Part shown: positions 20,801-29,802 of the stretch, piece after piece | Layout of the letters: every line of letters starts with the position of its first letter | Numbering within the stretch: position 1 is the stretch's first letter | Origin: an uncultured virus (IMG/VR IMGVR_UViG_3300032323_001292) | Lineage: Duplodnaviria; Heunggongvirae; Uroviricota; Caudoviricetes | DNA length: 64,000 nt | Direction: 5' to 3' (one strand) | IMG/VR virus record: IMGVR_UViG_3300032323_001292 | The notes under the pieces: generated by a model | Database searches by the model: none | Seen by the model: the letters and a program-made list of their open reading frames with translations, nothing else | Told to the model about the DNA's origin: nothing | Position numbers and translations under genes: made by a program

Positions 20801-21943
20801 GGAACTGGTAACACCTCTCTTGCTCTAACAATTGCAGCTGGTTCAAACGTTGCAACAGTAGGCTCTGCAGCTAACTTACAAGTTGGTCAAAGAATTGTAA
20901 GCCCTGTATTTGCAGAAGGTACTAAGATTGAATACCTACAAGGTACAACTTTGGTATTGTCTTCATCTGCAGCTACTGCAAACCCAACAGTAATTGTTCC
21001 ACCATTGAGTCCTACAGGTCAAACCTTTACGTTCTCAGCAACTGCTCCAACAACTGTTGAACAAGCCTTCCCAACATTTGCTCCAACTATTAGCCACTGG
21101 GGTACTTCTGTAATCATGGATGGTCGCTTTGATGATGATAAGTCATTAAACTTCACATATGGTCAAACAGTACCTACACAGCTAGCTCCTCTTGCTGGTA
21201 CAACAGCAACTGGAACAACATCTGGTTCATCTGTAAACGTCACACTTAGCGCATCCAACACAAACATTGTGCCTGGTATGTATGTAACTGATGCTGGTAC
21301 AGCAGTCCCAAGAGGTACATTTGTAGTGTCTGTAACTTCAGGTACAGCAATTGTTCTTAACAACGCTGTGTCACTTGCATCAACTGCACTTACATTCTCA
21401 GGTGCTTCAACCAAGGCCTTGTTGTCAATTCGTATCGCCCCATCTATTGACAACGGTGTTCCTGCAGCATTTGGTGCTCGTGAAATTCTAAACCGTACTC
21501 AGCTACAACTAAGAGCACTTGGTGTATCCCTCTTATCCACTACAACAGGTAACGTACTTGTACAAGTATTCTTAAACGGTACCCCGTTCAATCCATTAGC
21601 AGCAACTAGCTTGTTATGGACTGATGCAATTAGAGGTCAGAGATTCACTCCAAACTCAACCTTCTCTCAAATTGCTGACTACTCAACAATTGCAGCAACA
21701 GGTAGCCCTGTAATACTACAAGGTGGTGAAGTAACAGGAGGATTCTTAACAAACGCAACAACTACACTTGATTTGTCAGATGTTCGTGACTTAGGAAACT
21801 CAATCCTTGGCGGTGGAACACCTTATGTAAATAACGGTGTCTACCCAGACGGCCCTGATACTTTGACAATTGTTGTAACTAACATTTCAACAACTGCCCA
21901 ACAAGTAGTAGGACGCTTAACCTGGACAGAAGCTCAAGCATAA
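17825..21943 (+). CDS. Large Thr/Ser/Gly-rich virion structural protein (1372 aa) with repeated small beta domains
   Basis: Repeats of type VTT..PHGL..G..I...G....NG.Y.VT..; conserved-looking core YSWYGAG.IRWG. Confidence 0.75.
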   Translation: MARKTLTEGGYFLTPSTRTFVIQNKIVPQERLVLITNDRTNQVVYNFSDPSLRATSYSFFGTGQLTTQITGAATTGTAITFTAANTFTPGQIITITGAVPNSFNLTGVTVTAATPTTFTVASTVTGTFVQGGQVAVNENTVIVLNYNTGSMLSTDKFQIVIDEFNERINPSEELTDPVGKLRVSEAQSLIDTDFEYGTQASKWETISTTNLRPYAAHQLFNQLPISDIQTSTAGTKTITVTQTTTTVATTATGVQGNGTYMYYTTASAHNINPGQYVTITGVTASGYNTTSGIPALVLAVPSATTFVIAGSTTGQSTGAGTVTINVAPPIGTPVLISDTYNLGANGNYQVTGRASETSWSYVARGSTPTGWASQTIFDANKTVVISGPLFKDAFLIGASAFTNSGQIVTVTTSTPHGLSVGNEIAVHGSTASTNAPNGNYAVTAVNSPTVFQYVADATPTGTISHNPLTTTATASIGSSYLTCASVANVLIGMPVAGAGIPSGTVVTGVQGTVVSISQTTTAALSTTTINFFTAIYARSQGQVIHRAFDGGVLFSSNAGSNNVSLVRQTRRYFRYQSGKGIQVSSGTILKPTISLDSLTVSGALVAAKTKERHNLQPGYIVNISGANENGYNGNFTVVGVTGLDTFTYAPTATPAVSPATGNATMAVDTWAGASARLGIFDQQNGMFFEYDGQVLYAVRRSSTFQIAGRVSVTNNSSTVSQFNAAQTPTLFTKQLVPGDFIVIRGQSYRIDNIASDTSMTITPPYRGSTANNVVVSKTVDVRTPQSAWNLDKVDGTGQSGYRLDLTKMQMFYLDYSWYGAGSIRWGFRGPRGEVIYCHKVQNNNVNTSAYMRSGNLPARYETVAQPATTQTTATVGSADTTITVADTTGFYRPTSATTTCTGSNGLPTIVVASTTGITVGMFVNVSNVTAGTVVTAISGTTLTLSANNTGAVSGSVTFSAYPGNATIRNGSTTEIVTYTGLTSNTLTGVTRAGTGNTSLALTIAAGSNVATVGSAANLQVGQRIVSPVFAEGTKIEYLQGTTLVLSSSAATANPTVIVPPLSPTGQTFTFSATAPTTVEQAFPTFAPTISHWGTSVIMDGRFDDDKSLNFTYGQTVPTQLAPLAGTTATGTTSGSSVNVTLSASNTNIVPGMYVTDAGTAVPRGTFVVSVTSGTAIVLNNAVSLASTALTFSGASTKALLSIRIAPSIDNGVPAAFGAREILNRTQLQLRALGVSLLSTTTGNVLVQVFLNGTPFNPLAATSLLWTDAIRGQRFTPNSTFSQIADYSTIAATGSPVILQGGEVTGGFLTNATTTLDLSDVRDLGNSILGGGTPYVNNGVYPDGPDTLTIVVTNISTTAQQVVGRLTWTEAQA

Positions 21944-21962
21944 CCATTCAATAAGCCGAGCG

Positions 21963-21999
21963 CTACCCCATCAGGAAACTGGTGGGGTAGACTTATTTT
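21963..21999 (+). terminator. Rho-independent terminator
   Basis: CTACCCCATCAG-GAAA-CTGGTGGGGTAG then ACTTATTTT. Confidence 0.7.
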
Positions 22000-23007
22000 A
22001 TGAACCTTGTACAAAGAGCCGTTCAATACGGTGGAGAACTAGCACCGTTAGTTATATCTAAAGGCCTTACATCAGGCACAGGTTTAATGAACCCATCTAT
22101 TTTTATTGATAATGATGGAGATATTTTAGTCAATCTAAGACACGTTAACTACACCCTTTACCATGCTGAAAATAAACAATTATTTTCTTCTAGGTGGGGT
22201 CCACTTTCTTATTTACATCCAGAAAAAGATTTAAGATTAGTTACTACTAATTACCTATGTCGTCTTGATGAGAATTTAAAAATGACAGACTATGCCAAAG
22301 TAGATACCTCTGCTCTAGACGTACCTCCTATATGGGAATTTGTAGGAGAAGAAGATTGCCGTTTAGTTCAATGGGATAACGACTACTACTTAATAGGAGT
22401 TAGAAGAGATACGACAACTAATGGCGAAGGTCGTATGGAACTATCTAAGATTGAAATAGATAAGGCAAATTGGAATGTTAAAGAAGTATCAAGATTACGT
22501 ATTCCAACCCCTGGAGATAATTCTTCTTATTGTGAAAAGAATTGGGTTCCTATATTAGATAAGCCCTATCATTTTATTAAATGGTGTTCTCCAGTAGAAG
22601 TAGTTAGGGCTCATCCAACAGAGCCTAAATGTGACCAAGTATCTTTTAGACAGAACTTAACTCCCCCATCAGACCAACGTGGTAGTTCTCAATTAATACG
22701 TTGGGGAAATATGTATATATCTATCCATCACGAAGTTATATTGTTTAAAAATTACTTAGGACAAAAAGATGGTCTATACTTTCATAGGTTGGCAGTTTGG
22801 GATGACCAATTAAATCTGGTAGGGTTATCTCCTAACAAGTTTACATTTCTTGATGGCCGCGTAGAATTCTGCGTGGGTATAGCAGAGTTTCAAGGTGATT
22901 TACTAATCAGTTTTGGATTCCAAGATAATGCTGCATTTGTTTTAAGAACCCCTAGAGGCGTAGTAGAAGACATGATTATGGAGGCTTTGACTTATGAGTT
23001 CAATTGA
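22000..23007 (+). CDS. Putative five-bladed beta-propeller, glycosidase-like protein
   Basis: NPSI, GEEDCRL, EKNW.P, VEFC.G, ISFG.QD motifs as in GH130/GH43-like propellers. Confidence 0.6.
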   Translation: MNLVQRAVQYGGELAPLVISKGLTSGTGLMNPSIFIDNDGDILVNLRHVNYTLYHAENKQLFSSRWGPLSYLHPEKDLRLVTTNYLCRLDENLKMTDYAKVDTSALDVPPIWEFVGEEDCRLVQWDNDYYLIGVRRDTTTNGEGRMELSKIEIDKANWNVKEVSRLRIPTPGDNSSYCEKNWVPILDKPYHFIKWCSPVEVVRAHPTEPKCDQVSFRQNLTPPSDQRGSSQLIRWGNMYISIHHEVILFKNYLGQKDGLYFHRLAVWDDQLNLVGLSPNKFTFLDGRVEFCVGIAEFQGDLLISFGFQDNAAFVLRTPRGVVEDMIMEALTYEFN

Positions 23008-23563
23008 AGAGTTAGTTAAGTCTGCTGCTCATGATATGTATAACCCAGCACTTAATTTTGAAATTGCTAAAAAATATGATGAATTAAGCCAGACTGCTTC
23101 TGCTGTTTCTTTTTATTTAAGAACTGCAGAGTATGGGTATGAATCACATCCATTACTTGCTTATAGTGCATTATTAAGAATGTCAGTATGTTTTGATGAC
23201 CAAAAAGATAGAGCTCACACTGTAAGTAATTGCATACTTCAAGCTATTTCTCATATACCTAACAGACCAGAAGGATATTTCTTTTTATCTAGATTTCATG
23301 AAAGAGCTGGTCAATGGCAAGAAGCCTATACTTTTGCTCAAGTAGGATTAACGTTTTCTAAATTAGAATTAGAACCTTTACCTATGAATACTGATTACCA
23401 CGGAGAATATGTTTTACTATTTGAAAAAGCAGTGTCTGCTTGGTGGATAGGTCGCAAAGACGAATCAGCAGAAATATTTAAACAACTAGATGTTATGGAT
23501 ATATCTCCTGACTATAAAGCATCGGTTCAGAGTAACTTAGCGAGGATTAATGTTGCTGTTTGA
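22994..23563 (+). CDS. TPR-repeat protein
   Basis: Helical repeats, AISHIPNRPEGYFFLSRFHE TPR-like segment. Confidence 0.65.
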   Translation: MSSIEELVKSAAHDMYNPALNFEIAKKYDELSQTASAVSFYLRTAEYGYESHPLLAYSALLRMSVCFDDQKDRAHTVSNCILQAISHIPNRPEGYFFLSRFHERAGQWQEAYTFAQVGLTFSKLELEPLPMNTDYHGEYVLLFEKAVSAWWIGRKDESAEIFKQLDVMDISPDYKASVQSNLARINVAV

Positions 23564-24218
23564 TATTGGAGCTAATAGAGGAGACGCTACTTTAGCGGGA
23601 TTAAAAAAAGGCTATGAAGTAATAGCATTAGAGCCTGCTCCTAGGGTCTATGCAGAACTAGTAAAACAATTTATTTATCACCCATTAATAACTCCTCTTA
23701 GGTTTGCTGTGTCTGATACTAATGATGATTTAGTTGAGTTTTATGAATGTGTAGAAGATGGATTGTCTACTCTTAATAAAGACTGGTTAACTAGTTCAGA
23801 GCTACCTTATGCTGGTAAAGAATTTAGAACTATAAAAGTATCTACTATTACATTAGATAGATTAGTTGAAACTTATGGAAAACCTGATTTAATAAAAATA
23901 GATGTAGAAGGCGCTGAATGGGCTGTGTTTAAAGGAATGACTCAACATCATGGAAACCTTTGTTTTGAATGGACTAAAGAGACAGTTCCTGACCACGTTA
24001 ACCAATTAAAATATTTACAAGGATTAGGTTACACAGAATGGGCACCACAATTTATTGTTAATCATTTAGATGAACCTACTATTAACTACATTTCTTTAGA
24101 TAAAGCAGAAGAATTGCCTAAATGGGTTGAGGAAAACGCACCTATTTGGGAAGCTGGATTGTGGCAAGAAGCAGGTCTTAGACCTACTGCAGATGTTGGG
24201 ATGATTTGGGTTAGATAG
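23550..24218 (+). CDS. FkbM-family SAM-dependent methyltransferase
   Basis: FDIGANRG, ALEP, ITLD, LIKIDVEGAE motifs. Confidence 0.9.
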   Translation: MLLFDIGANRGDATLAGLKKGYEVIALEPAPRVYAELVKQFIYHPLITPLRFAVSDTNDDLVEFYECVEDGLSTLNKDWLTSSELPYAGKEFRTIKVSTITLDRLVETYGKPDLIKIDVEGAEWAVFKGMTQHHGNLCFEWTKETVPDHVNQLKYLQGLGYTEWAPQFIVNHLDEPTINYISLDKAEELPKWVEENAPIWEAGLWQEAGLRPTADVGMIWVR

Positions 24219-24245
24219 AAGGCAATTAAAAGATAAACTAGTTTA

Positions 24246-24815
24246 ATGCGTGCACATAAACCAGGCGGCCGTTTTGATGCCGATTTTGAGACCGATAGCA
24301 TCCTTATTGGTTTTAATGAAGATTATCAACGTCCTGTAGGTACACAAGCGCTTTGGTATGTATACGACCCCGCAGTATCAACCGTAGACCCAATTTATGA
24401 TACCGCTGGAACTGACCCAGGTGTAGGACGTTATTGGAAAGGCCCATACGCTCTTCCTGTATTAAGAGCAGTTATTACTCAAGGCCCAGTGCCAAACTCA
24501 GAACGAGGCTTCTACGGTGGAGATTACCTACACTTAACATTGCACGGAGAAGATTTAAATACTATTGCACCAGGTGTTCTTGGTAATCCTGATGTGCAAA
24601 ATAGAGGTAGAATTATATGGCAGGGACAAGTCTACAGACCGTATAAGGTTCAACAAAAGGGAATTGTTGCTGAACGGTTTACTCTTGTTGTAGTTGACTG
24701 TATTCAAATTATGCCTGAAGAAGCAGTTAACGATACTCAATTTTTGGCTTACGCATCTGCTAATGACGGCTATGATGCAGGAGCTTACAACGAAGATACG
24801 TATGGAGATGAATAG
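24246..24815 (+). CDS. Putative head-closure/neck protein
   Basis: 189-aa beta-rich ORF in virion block; function inferred from context. Confidence 0.4.
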   Translation: MRAHKPGGRFDADFETDSILIGFNEDYQRPVGTQALWYVYDPAVSTVDPIYDTAGTDPGVGRYWKGPYALPVLRAVITQGPVPNSERGFYGGDYLHLTLHGEDLNTIAPGVLGNPDVQNRGRIIWQGQVYRPYKVQQKGIVAERFTLVVVDCIQIMPEEAVNDTQFLAYASANDGYDAGAYNEDTYGDE

Positions 24816-25666
24816 TGCCACTTATTAAACCAGTTGTTGGTGCTTCTAATTGGGGCACAACTCTTAATACAGCTTTAGATTATTTAGACGCAAAACTTGG
24901 TACGCAGGGAATTCAAGGCAGACAGGGTACACAAGGCGTACAAGGACGTCAGGGAACACAAGGCTTACAAGGTGGTGGATTTAATCAATCACAAGGTACT
25001 CAAGGTATTCAAGGCAATCATGGTGCGCAAGGCGCACAAGGAACTTTAGGTATTCAAGGTAATCGTGGTGTACAAGGAATACAAGGAATTCAAGGACAAC
25101 GTGGTACGCAAGGTACTCAAGGCACACTTGGTATTCAAGGAAATCAAGGCGTGCAAGGTGTGCAAGGTAACCAAGGTTCTAATGCAACCATGCAAGGTGT
25201 GCAAGGCATACAAGGAGGACAAGGAACACAAGGTGTTCAAAGTGCAAGAGGGTTTCAAGGTTTTCAAGGAACTACCGGTACTCAAGGTTTACAAGGTCCT
25301 CGTGGAAATCAAGGTGTTCAAGGTCTACAGGGATTAGAAGGTTCACAAGGTGTTGGTAACCAAGGTGTACAAGGAAGAACTGGTAACCAAGGTTTACAAG
25401 GCACACTTGGATTACAAGGAACTACAGGAGCTCAAGGTACACAAGGAACTACAGGTATACAAGGATTAGTTGGTACACAAGGCTTACTTGGTACACAAGG
25501 TTCAACAGGTTCTCAGGGTACAAACGTACTAAGCAACAATCAATTAAATATACTTAATAGTACAGCTCCAGTTGCAAACATTGCTGGAGGAATTCTGTAC
25601 GTAGAAAGCGGAGTTCTGAAATACAGAGGCTCTTCTGGAACTGTTTCCACAATAGCTCCAGCGTAG
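24815..25666 (+). CDS. Collagen-like (Gly-X-Gln) protein
   Basis: [14 protein letters not shown]-terminus, long G-x-Q run, C-terminal [20 protein letters not shown]. Confidence 0.85.
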   Translation: MPLIKPVVGASNWGTTLNTALDYLDAKLGTQGIQGRQGTQGVQGRQGTQGLQGGGFNQSQGTQGIQGNHGAQGAQGTLGIQGNRGVQGIQGIQGQRGTQGTQGTLGIQGNQGVQGVQGNQGSNATMQGVQGIQGGQGTQGVQSARGFQGFQGTTGTQGLQGPRGNQGVQGLQGLEGSQGVGNQGVQGRTGNQGLQGTLGLQGTTGAQGTQGTTGIQGLVGTQGLLGTQGSTGSQGTNVLSNNQLNILNSTAPVANIAGGILYVESGVLKYRGSSGTVSTIAPA

Positions 25667-25681
25667 AAAAGGAAATAAATA

Positions 25682-25963
25682 ATGTTAAATCATGCAGCGT
25701 TTACTGTAGGCACTAGCCCAGTTTTATTAGTAACTCTTGGACCAAAAGAACCAAAAACTGCAGTTACAATCGTCAATGACGACAACAACTCTATTTACGT
25801 TGGTGACTCAGCAGTTGCTACATCTGGTGCAGACAAAGGTGTTACTGTAAAAAAAGACTCTCAATTCATATTTGAACTTAATGCTGGAGATAGTATATAT
25901 GCTAGAGCCGCTTCAGCTACAGCCGCTAACGCAGTTTCCGTTCTATACTCAACACTATTCTAA
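25682..25963 (+). CDS. Small beta-rich hypothetical protein
   Basis: 93 aa, AAGGA RBS. Confidence 0.65.
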   Translation: MLNHAAFTVGTSPVLLVTLGPKEPKTAVTIVNDDNNSIYVGDSAVATSGADKGVTVKKDSQFIFELNAGDSIYARAASATAANAVSVLYSTLF

Positions 25964-25980
25964 TAAAAAAGAGATAATAA

Positions 25981-26151
25981 ATGAAAAAAGCAAAAGGAAC
26001 TAAAAAAGTTCAAAAAGTAATGCATGAGTATAAAGCGGGAACACTAAAGTCTGGTAAAAAAGGACCTGGTAAAGGAGCTAAAGTTACCTCTCGTCAACAG
26101 GCTGTTGCAATCGCTATGAGCGAAGCAGGAATGGCTAAGAAGAAGAAATAA
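25981..26151 (+). CDS. Small Lys-rich protein, DUF6496-like (56 aa)
   Basis: MKKAKGTKKVQKVMHEYKAGTLKSGKKGPGKGAKVTSRQQAVAIAMSEAGMAKKKK; KVMHE.K.G.LKSG...QA.AI.SEA pattern. Confidence 0.7.
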   Translation: MKKAKGTKKVQKVMHEYKAGTLKSGKKGPGKGAKVTSRQQAVAIAMSEAGMAKKKK

Positions 26152-26348
26152 TGCCTAAAAAAATTTATAAAACAAAGAAAACAGTGGTTTCTGCGGGAAA
26201 GAACTCTAAAGAAAATATAGAGACCAACCTAGAACAAATCAAACGTTCTACTGGCGCAACCCCTAGAAGAAGGAAAGGCGCTATAATAAGAAAACCAATA
26301 GCGTCTATTAGAAGTAAAGCGAAGGGTATAAATGCCAAAAAAAGATAA
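26151..26348 (+). CDS. Small Lys/Arg-rich protein (65 aa)
   Basis: TAATG-coupled. Confidence 0.6.
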   Translation: MPKKIYKTKKTVVSAGKNSKENIETNLEQIKRSTGATPRRRKGAIIRKPIASIRSKAKGINAKKR

Positions 26349-26499
26349 ACCTGTTTGGGAAAAGAAAGACCCAACTGGTAAAGATAAAAAACTATCGCCA
26401 AAGCGGAAAGCATCTGCTAAGGCCCGAGCAAAAGCAGCAGGCCGTCCATATCCTAATCTAATTGATAATATGGCAGCCGCTAGGAAGAAGAAGAAATAA
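26332..26499 (+). CDS. Small Lys-rich protein (55 aa)
   Basis: MPKKDKPVWEKKDPTGKDKKLSPKRKASAKARAKAAGRPYPNLIDNMAAARKKKK; stop coupled to next ATG. Confidence 0.65.
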   Translation: MPKKDKPVWEKKDPTGKDKKLSPKRKASAKARAKAAGRPYPNLIDNMAAARKKKK

Positions 26500-26687
26500 T
26501 GTGTGCATTATGCGGATGTGGTAAGAAAAAAGGCCAACCAGGATTTGGTAAAGGTCCTAAGAAAAAAGCTGCTAAAAAGACTGCTTCAAAAGGCATGTCA
26601 TCTAAGCAAAAGAAATTAGATGTAGACAAAGACGGCAAGCTAGAAGGTTCTGATTTTGCTGCCCTACGCGGAAAGAAGAAAAAATAA
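26499..26687 (+). CDS. Small Lys-rich protein with CxxCGC and EF-hand-like loop (62 aa)
   Basis: MCALCGC...LDVDKDGKLEGSDF; TAATG-coupled. Confidence 0.65.
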   Translation: MCALCGCGKKKGQPGFGKGPKKKAAKKTASKGMSSKQKKLDVDKDGKLEGSDFAALRGKKKK

Positions 26688-26827
26688 TGTGCGCTACTTG
26701 TGGTTGTATGCAACCAAAAAACAAACACGGTAAGAAAACATTAAAAGCTGCTAACAAAGCATTTGCTAAAAAGGCTTCTCCTTCAAAAGGTAAAAAGTCT
26801 TCAATGGTCCGTAAAAAAGGCATGTAA
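26687..26827 (+). CDS. Small Lys-rich protein with CxxCGC (46 aa)
   Basis: MCATCGCMQPKNKHGKKTLKAANKAFAKKASPSKGKKSSMVRKKGM; TAATG overlaps at both ends. Confidence 0.65.
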   Translation: MCATCGCMQPKNKHGKKTLKAANKAFAKKASPSKGKKSSMVRKKGM

Positions 26828-27117
26828 TGGCAAAGACACCAGCGTTTATGAAAGGTAAGTATACGAAGTCTAAAGATGAAAAAATGGACTCTCGTTTAAT
26901 GAAAAAAGCTGGGTTTGATAAAGAAGACAAAGCCAAGTTTGAAAAAGCTGATAAAGCTCACGGTAAGAAAAAGAAGCCTGCGACTATTGCTGAAGACCGT
27001 AAAAAAGACGATGCAATAATCAAAAAGATTAAATCTAAAGAAAAAGCTCACGAAAAACGCGAAGGTAAAAAAGGCGAAAAAGCCGAAGACAAGATGGAAA
27101 AAAAGAAAAAGAAGTAG
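26827..27117 (+). CDS. Lys-rich protein (96 aa)
   Basis: TAATG-coupled, followed by terminator. Confidence 0.7.
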   Translation: MAKTPAFMKGKYTKSKDEKMDSRLMKKAGFDKEDKAKFEKADKAHGKKKKPATIAEDRKKDDAIIKKIKSKEKAHEKREGKKGEKAEDKMEKKKKK

Positions 27118-27124
27118 CCTTAGT

Positions 27125-27153
27125 AAGAGCCCCTTCGGGGGCTCTTTTCATTT
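27125..27153 (+). terminator. Rho-independent terminator
   Basis: AAGAGCCCC-TTCG-GGGGCTCTT then TTCATTT. Confidence 0.9.
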
Positions 27154-27229
27154 ATCCTATAAGTAAGGCCCATGCGGGGTCTTGAGAAGTACCATGCGAA
27201 GTAACCTGCTAGCTCCTTTGGAGATTGCG

Positions 27230-27322
27230 ATGTTTATTTTAACCTGCTTAAAAACAGGAGTATGGACATCTCTACTCATAGGTAAGTTAACTTGGGTTAC
27301 TAAGGCGGTGTCTTCTATATGA
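27230..27322 (+). CDS. Possible 30-aa hydrophobic peptide
   Basis: GGAG RBS, MFILTCLKTGVWTSLLIGKLTWVTKAVSSI*, ATGA overlap with next gene. Confidence 0.4.
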   Translation: MFILTCLKTGVWTSLLIGKLTWVTKAVSSI

Positions 27323-27648
27323 TTGAAACTGTAATGTTCGACAGCATTGTTGATAAAAATTTTTCTGCTGTCCAAGGTATCCTTAGCCAAAAACTACAAA
27401 AAAGTGCCTCAGAAGCAGGCTGGCCTCAACATATCGTTAACGTACTTTATATTGATTTTATGAATGGAACTGGGGAAGTAGAGTACCCAGAAGAATACGC
27501 TAAAGAGATAGAAGATTTAGAATACGGAACTCCAGGGCAACCCCCTAAACCATTCCTTAGATTATTTAAAAAACACACAGAATCTTATAACGAATTTTTT
27601 GAAAACACTATGATGGAAATTTTATTTGATTCAGGGGTGATATTTTGA
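27319..27648 (+). CDS. Putative neck/tail-completion protein
   Basis: LEYGT..QPPKPFLR motif similar to HK97-gp10-like proteins; upstream of sheath. Confidence 0.5.
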   Translation: MIETVMFDSIVDKNFSAVQGILSQKLQKSASEAGWPQHIVNVLYIDFMNGTGEVEYPEEYAKEIEDLEYGTPGQPPKPFLRLFKKHTESYNEFFENTMMEILFDSGVIF

Positions 27649-28259
27649 CATTTATATTAGCTGAAGATACGGCTCTTAAATCTTTACTTCAAGGTATATC
27701 TGTTGTAGATGAGAAGTCAATATCAAGACCTGTAAAAGTGTGGTTTGGATTTCCTGATGTTGAAGTCCGTGCTCAAGACTATCCATATATGACTATTGAA
27801 TTACTTGATGTATCTCCATCTAATGAACGACAACACTCAGGGTTTTTATATGATAACGACTTTAGAGGTACTATTGCCCCAGTAGAAGGTATTAGTTACG
27901 AATATGAGTACCCTGTTGCTTACGATTTAATTTATCAAGTAACTAGCTATGCTCGTCACCCTCGTCACGACAGAGCAATTATTTATCAATTTTTAAATGA
28001 AAAAGTTCCACATAAATTTGGACAAATTGCAATACCTAATGAACTCGGTACTGAAACATCGTACCGTCATATATTTCTAGATGGGTTTATTAAAAGAGAC
28101 CTTATCGAAGAAGGAAGGCGCTTATTGCGCAATGTTTTTACAGTAAGAGTTGTAAGCGAAATGACACCTGCTCAAGCCGCTACTGCAATTGGAACTGTAG
28201 AAGAAGTCAATATCAATATCGAAACAAGTCATATCCCGTCGGAATACAACCCAATCTAA
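27645..28259 (+). CDS. Putative tail terminator/sheath stabiliser
   Basis: Directly upstream of sheath; YP..TI...D, PVAYDL.YQV motifs. Confidence 0.55.
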   Translation: MTFILAEDTALKSLLQGISVVDEKSISRPVKVWFGFPDVEVRAQDYPYMTIELLDVSPSNERQHSGFLYDNDFRGTIAPVEGISYEYEYPVAYDLIYQVTSYARHPRHDRAIIYQFLNEKVPHKFGQIAIPNELGTETSYRHIFLDGFIKRDLIEEGRRLLRNVFTVRVVSEMTPAQAATAIGTVEEVNINIETSHIPSEYNPI

Positions 28260-28297
28260 AACACGTACTACAGGAAACTACCTAAAGGAGATAATCA

Positions 28298-29788
28298 ATG
28301 GCTATTTATTTAAGGCCAGGTGTTTATGTTGAAGAAACATTAAACGCTTTAGCACCAGCTGTGGGACCAAACTCACAAACTGTTGCTGCATTTATTGGTG
28401 CAACTGACCGCGGTCCTGTTGTTCCTACCCTAGTAAATTCATGGAGCGAATACATAAGTCTTTATGGCTCATGGAATGTTCGTGCTTCAAATGATTTACC
28501 AATCGCTGTACTATTATTCTTTTCAAATGGTGGAAGCCAAGCTTACATCCATAGAGTTGTAGCTAACAGCACTAAAGCAACTCTTACAATGATTGATGCT
28601 AATGATTTAGATACATTACGAGTTACTGCAAAAAACCCAGGTCGATGGGGAAATGATATTTCAATCAGTATTTTTAATAATTCTGGACAAAATACATTTG
28701 ATTTAACAGTTAACTATCAAGGTGCAACTGCAGCTTTTGTTGTTGAAAGATTTAATGACTTAAGTATGGAAGCACTTGATGATAGATACGCAGTATCAAT
28801 TATTAATTCTCAATCTAAATACCTTGATGCAACTGATATGAACTCTGCAAGTACTCTACAAGATAAGAGACCTATAAATATTACGGTTCAAAATCTTTCT
28901 GGAGTATCAACAGATGGAACAGTTACTGCAACAGCTATTTCTGGAGCGGTAAGTGCTTTTGATATTGTATTAAATTCATTAGTATTAAACGCACCTGGAA
29001 TTACAGATACTACTGCTGTTAATCAAATTATTGCTTATGCAGCAGCTAGAGAAGATGTGTTTGTTGTGGTTGACCCAGAAGCTAACGTAACAGTGTCCTC
29101 TGTATTAGCAAAAGCTCTTACATATGGAGACTCTTCTTACGCAGCTGTTTATTACCCAAGAATAGTAATGAAAGACCCAACAGTAACCACTCCAAATATT
29201 ACTTTGACAGTGGCACCTGGTGGAGCTATTGTTGGAAAATACATTTCAACTGATTCTGCACGTGGAGTATTTAAAGCACCTGCTGGTTTAGATACTCGTA
29301 TTGCTGGAGCTGTGTCTGTTCCATCTTTAACAAATACAGAATTAGATACCTTAAACTCAACTGTTCCTCCAGTAAATGCAATTCGTTTTATACCTGGTTC
29401 AGGAATTGTTGTAATGGGTGCTCGTACACTACGAGGCAGCTATTCAGACCGCTATGTTCCAATACGTCGTACACTTATCTACTTGCGAAAAGCGTTAACA
29501 GACTTAACAGAATTTGCAGTATTTGAGCCAAACGATGCACGTCTATGGCGTCAACTAACAGCTGTGACTTCAGGATTTTTAACTGAATTCTGGAATCAAG
29601 GTGGCTTAAGAGGAGATACTCCAGACCAAGCTTACTTTGTTAAATGTGATGATGAAACTAATACACTAGCTTCAATCGACAACGGTGAAGTTAGATTAGA
29701 AATCGGTGTGGCTCTACAACGCCCTGCTGAATTCGTAGTCATCAAAATTGGTCAGTTCGATGGCGGAACAACCGTCACGGTAGAATAA
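28298..29788 (+). CDS. Tail sheath protein
   Basis: YLRPGVYVEE, RGVFKAPAG, VMGART, YVPIRR, VFEPND, RPAEFVVIKI. Confidence 0.95.
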   Translation: MAIYLRPGVYVEETLNALAPAVGPNSQTVAAFIGATDRGPVVPTLVNSWSEYISLYGSWNVRASNDLPIAVLLFFSNGGSQAYIHRVVANSTKATLTMIDANDLDTLRVTAKNPGRWGNDISISIFNNSGQNTFDLTVNYQGATAAFVVERFNDLSMEALDDRYAVSIINSQSKYLDATDMNSASTLQDKRPINITVQNLSGVSTDGTVTATAISGAVSAFDIVLNSLVLNAPGITDTTAVNQIIAYAAAREDVFVVVDPEANVTVSSVLAKALTYGDSSYAAVYYPRIVMKDPTVTTPNITLTVAPGGAIVGKYISTDSARGVFKAPAGLDTRIAGAVSVPSLTNTELDTLNSTVPPVNAIRFIPGSGIVVMGARTLRGSYSDRYVPIRRTLIYLRKALTDLTEFAVFEPNDARLWRQLTAVTSGFLTEFWNQGGLRGDTPDQAYFVKCDDETNTLASIDNGEVRLEIGVALQRPAEFVVIKIGQFDGGTTVTVE

Positions 29789-29802
29789 GGAGATAAACAC
29801 TA

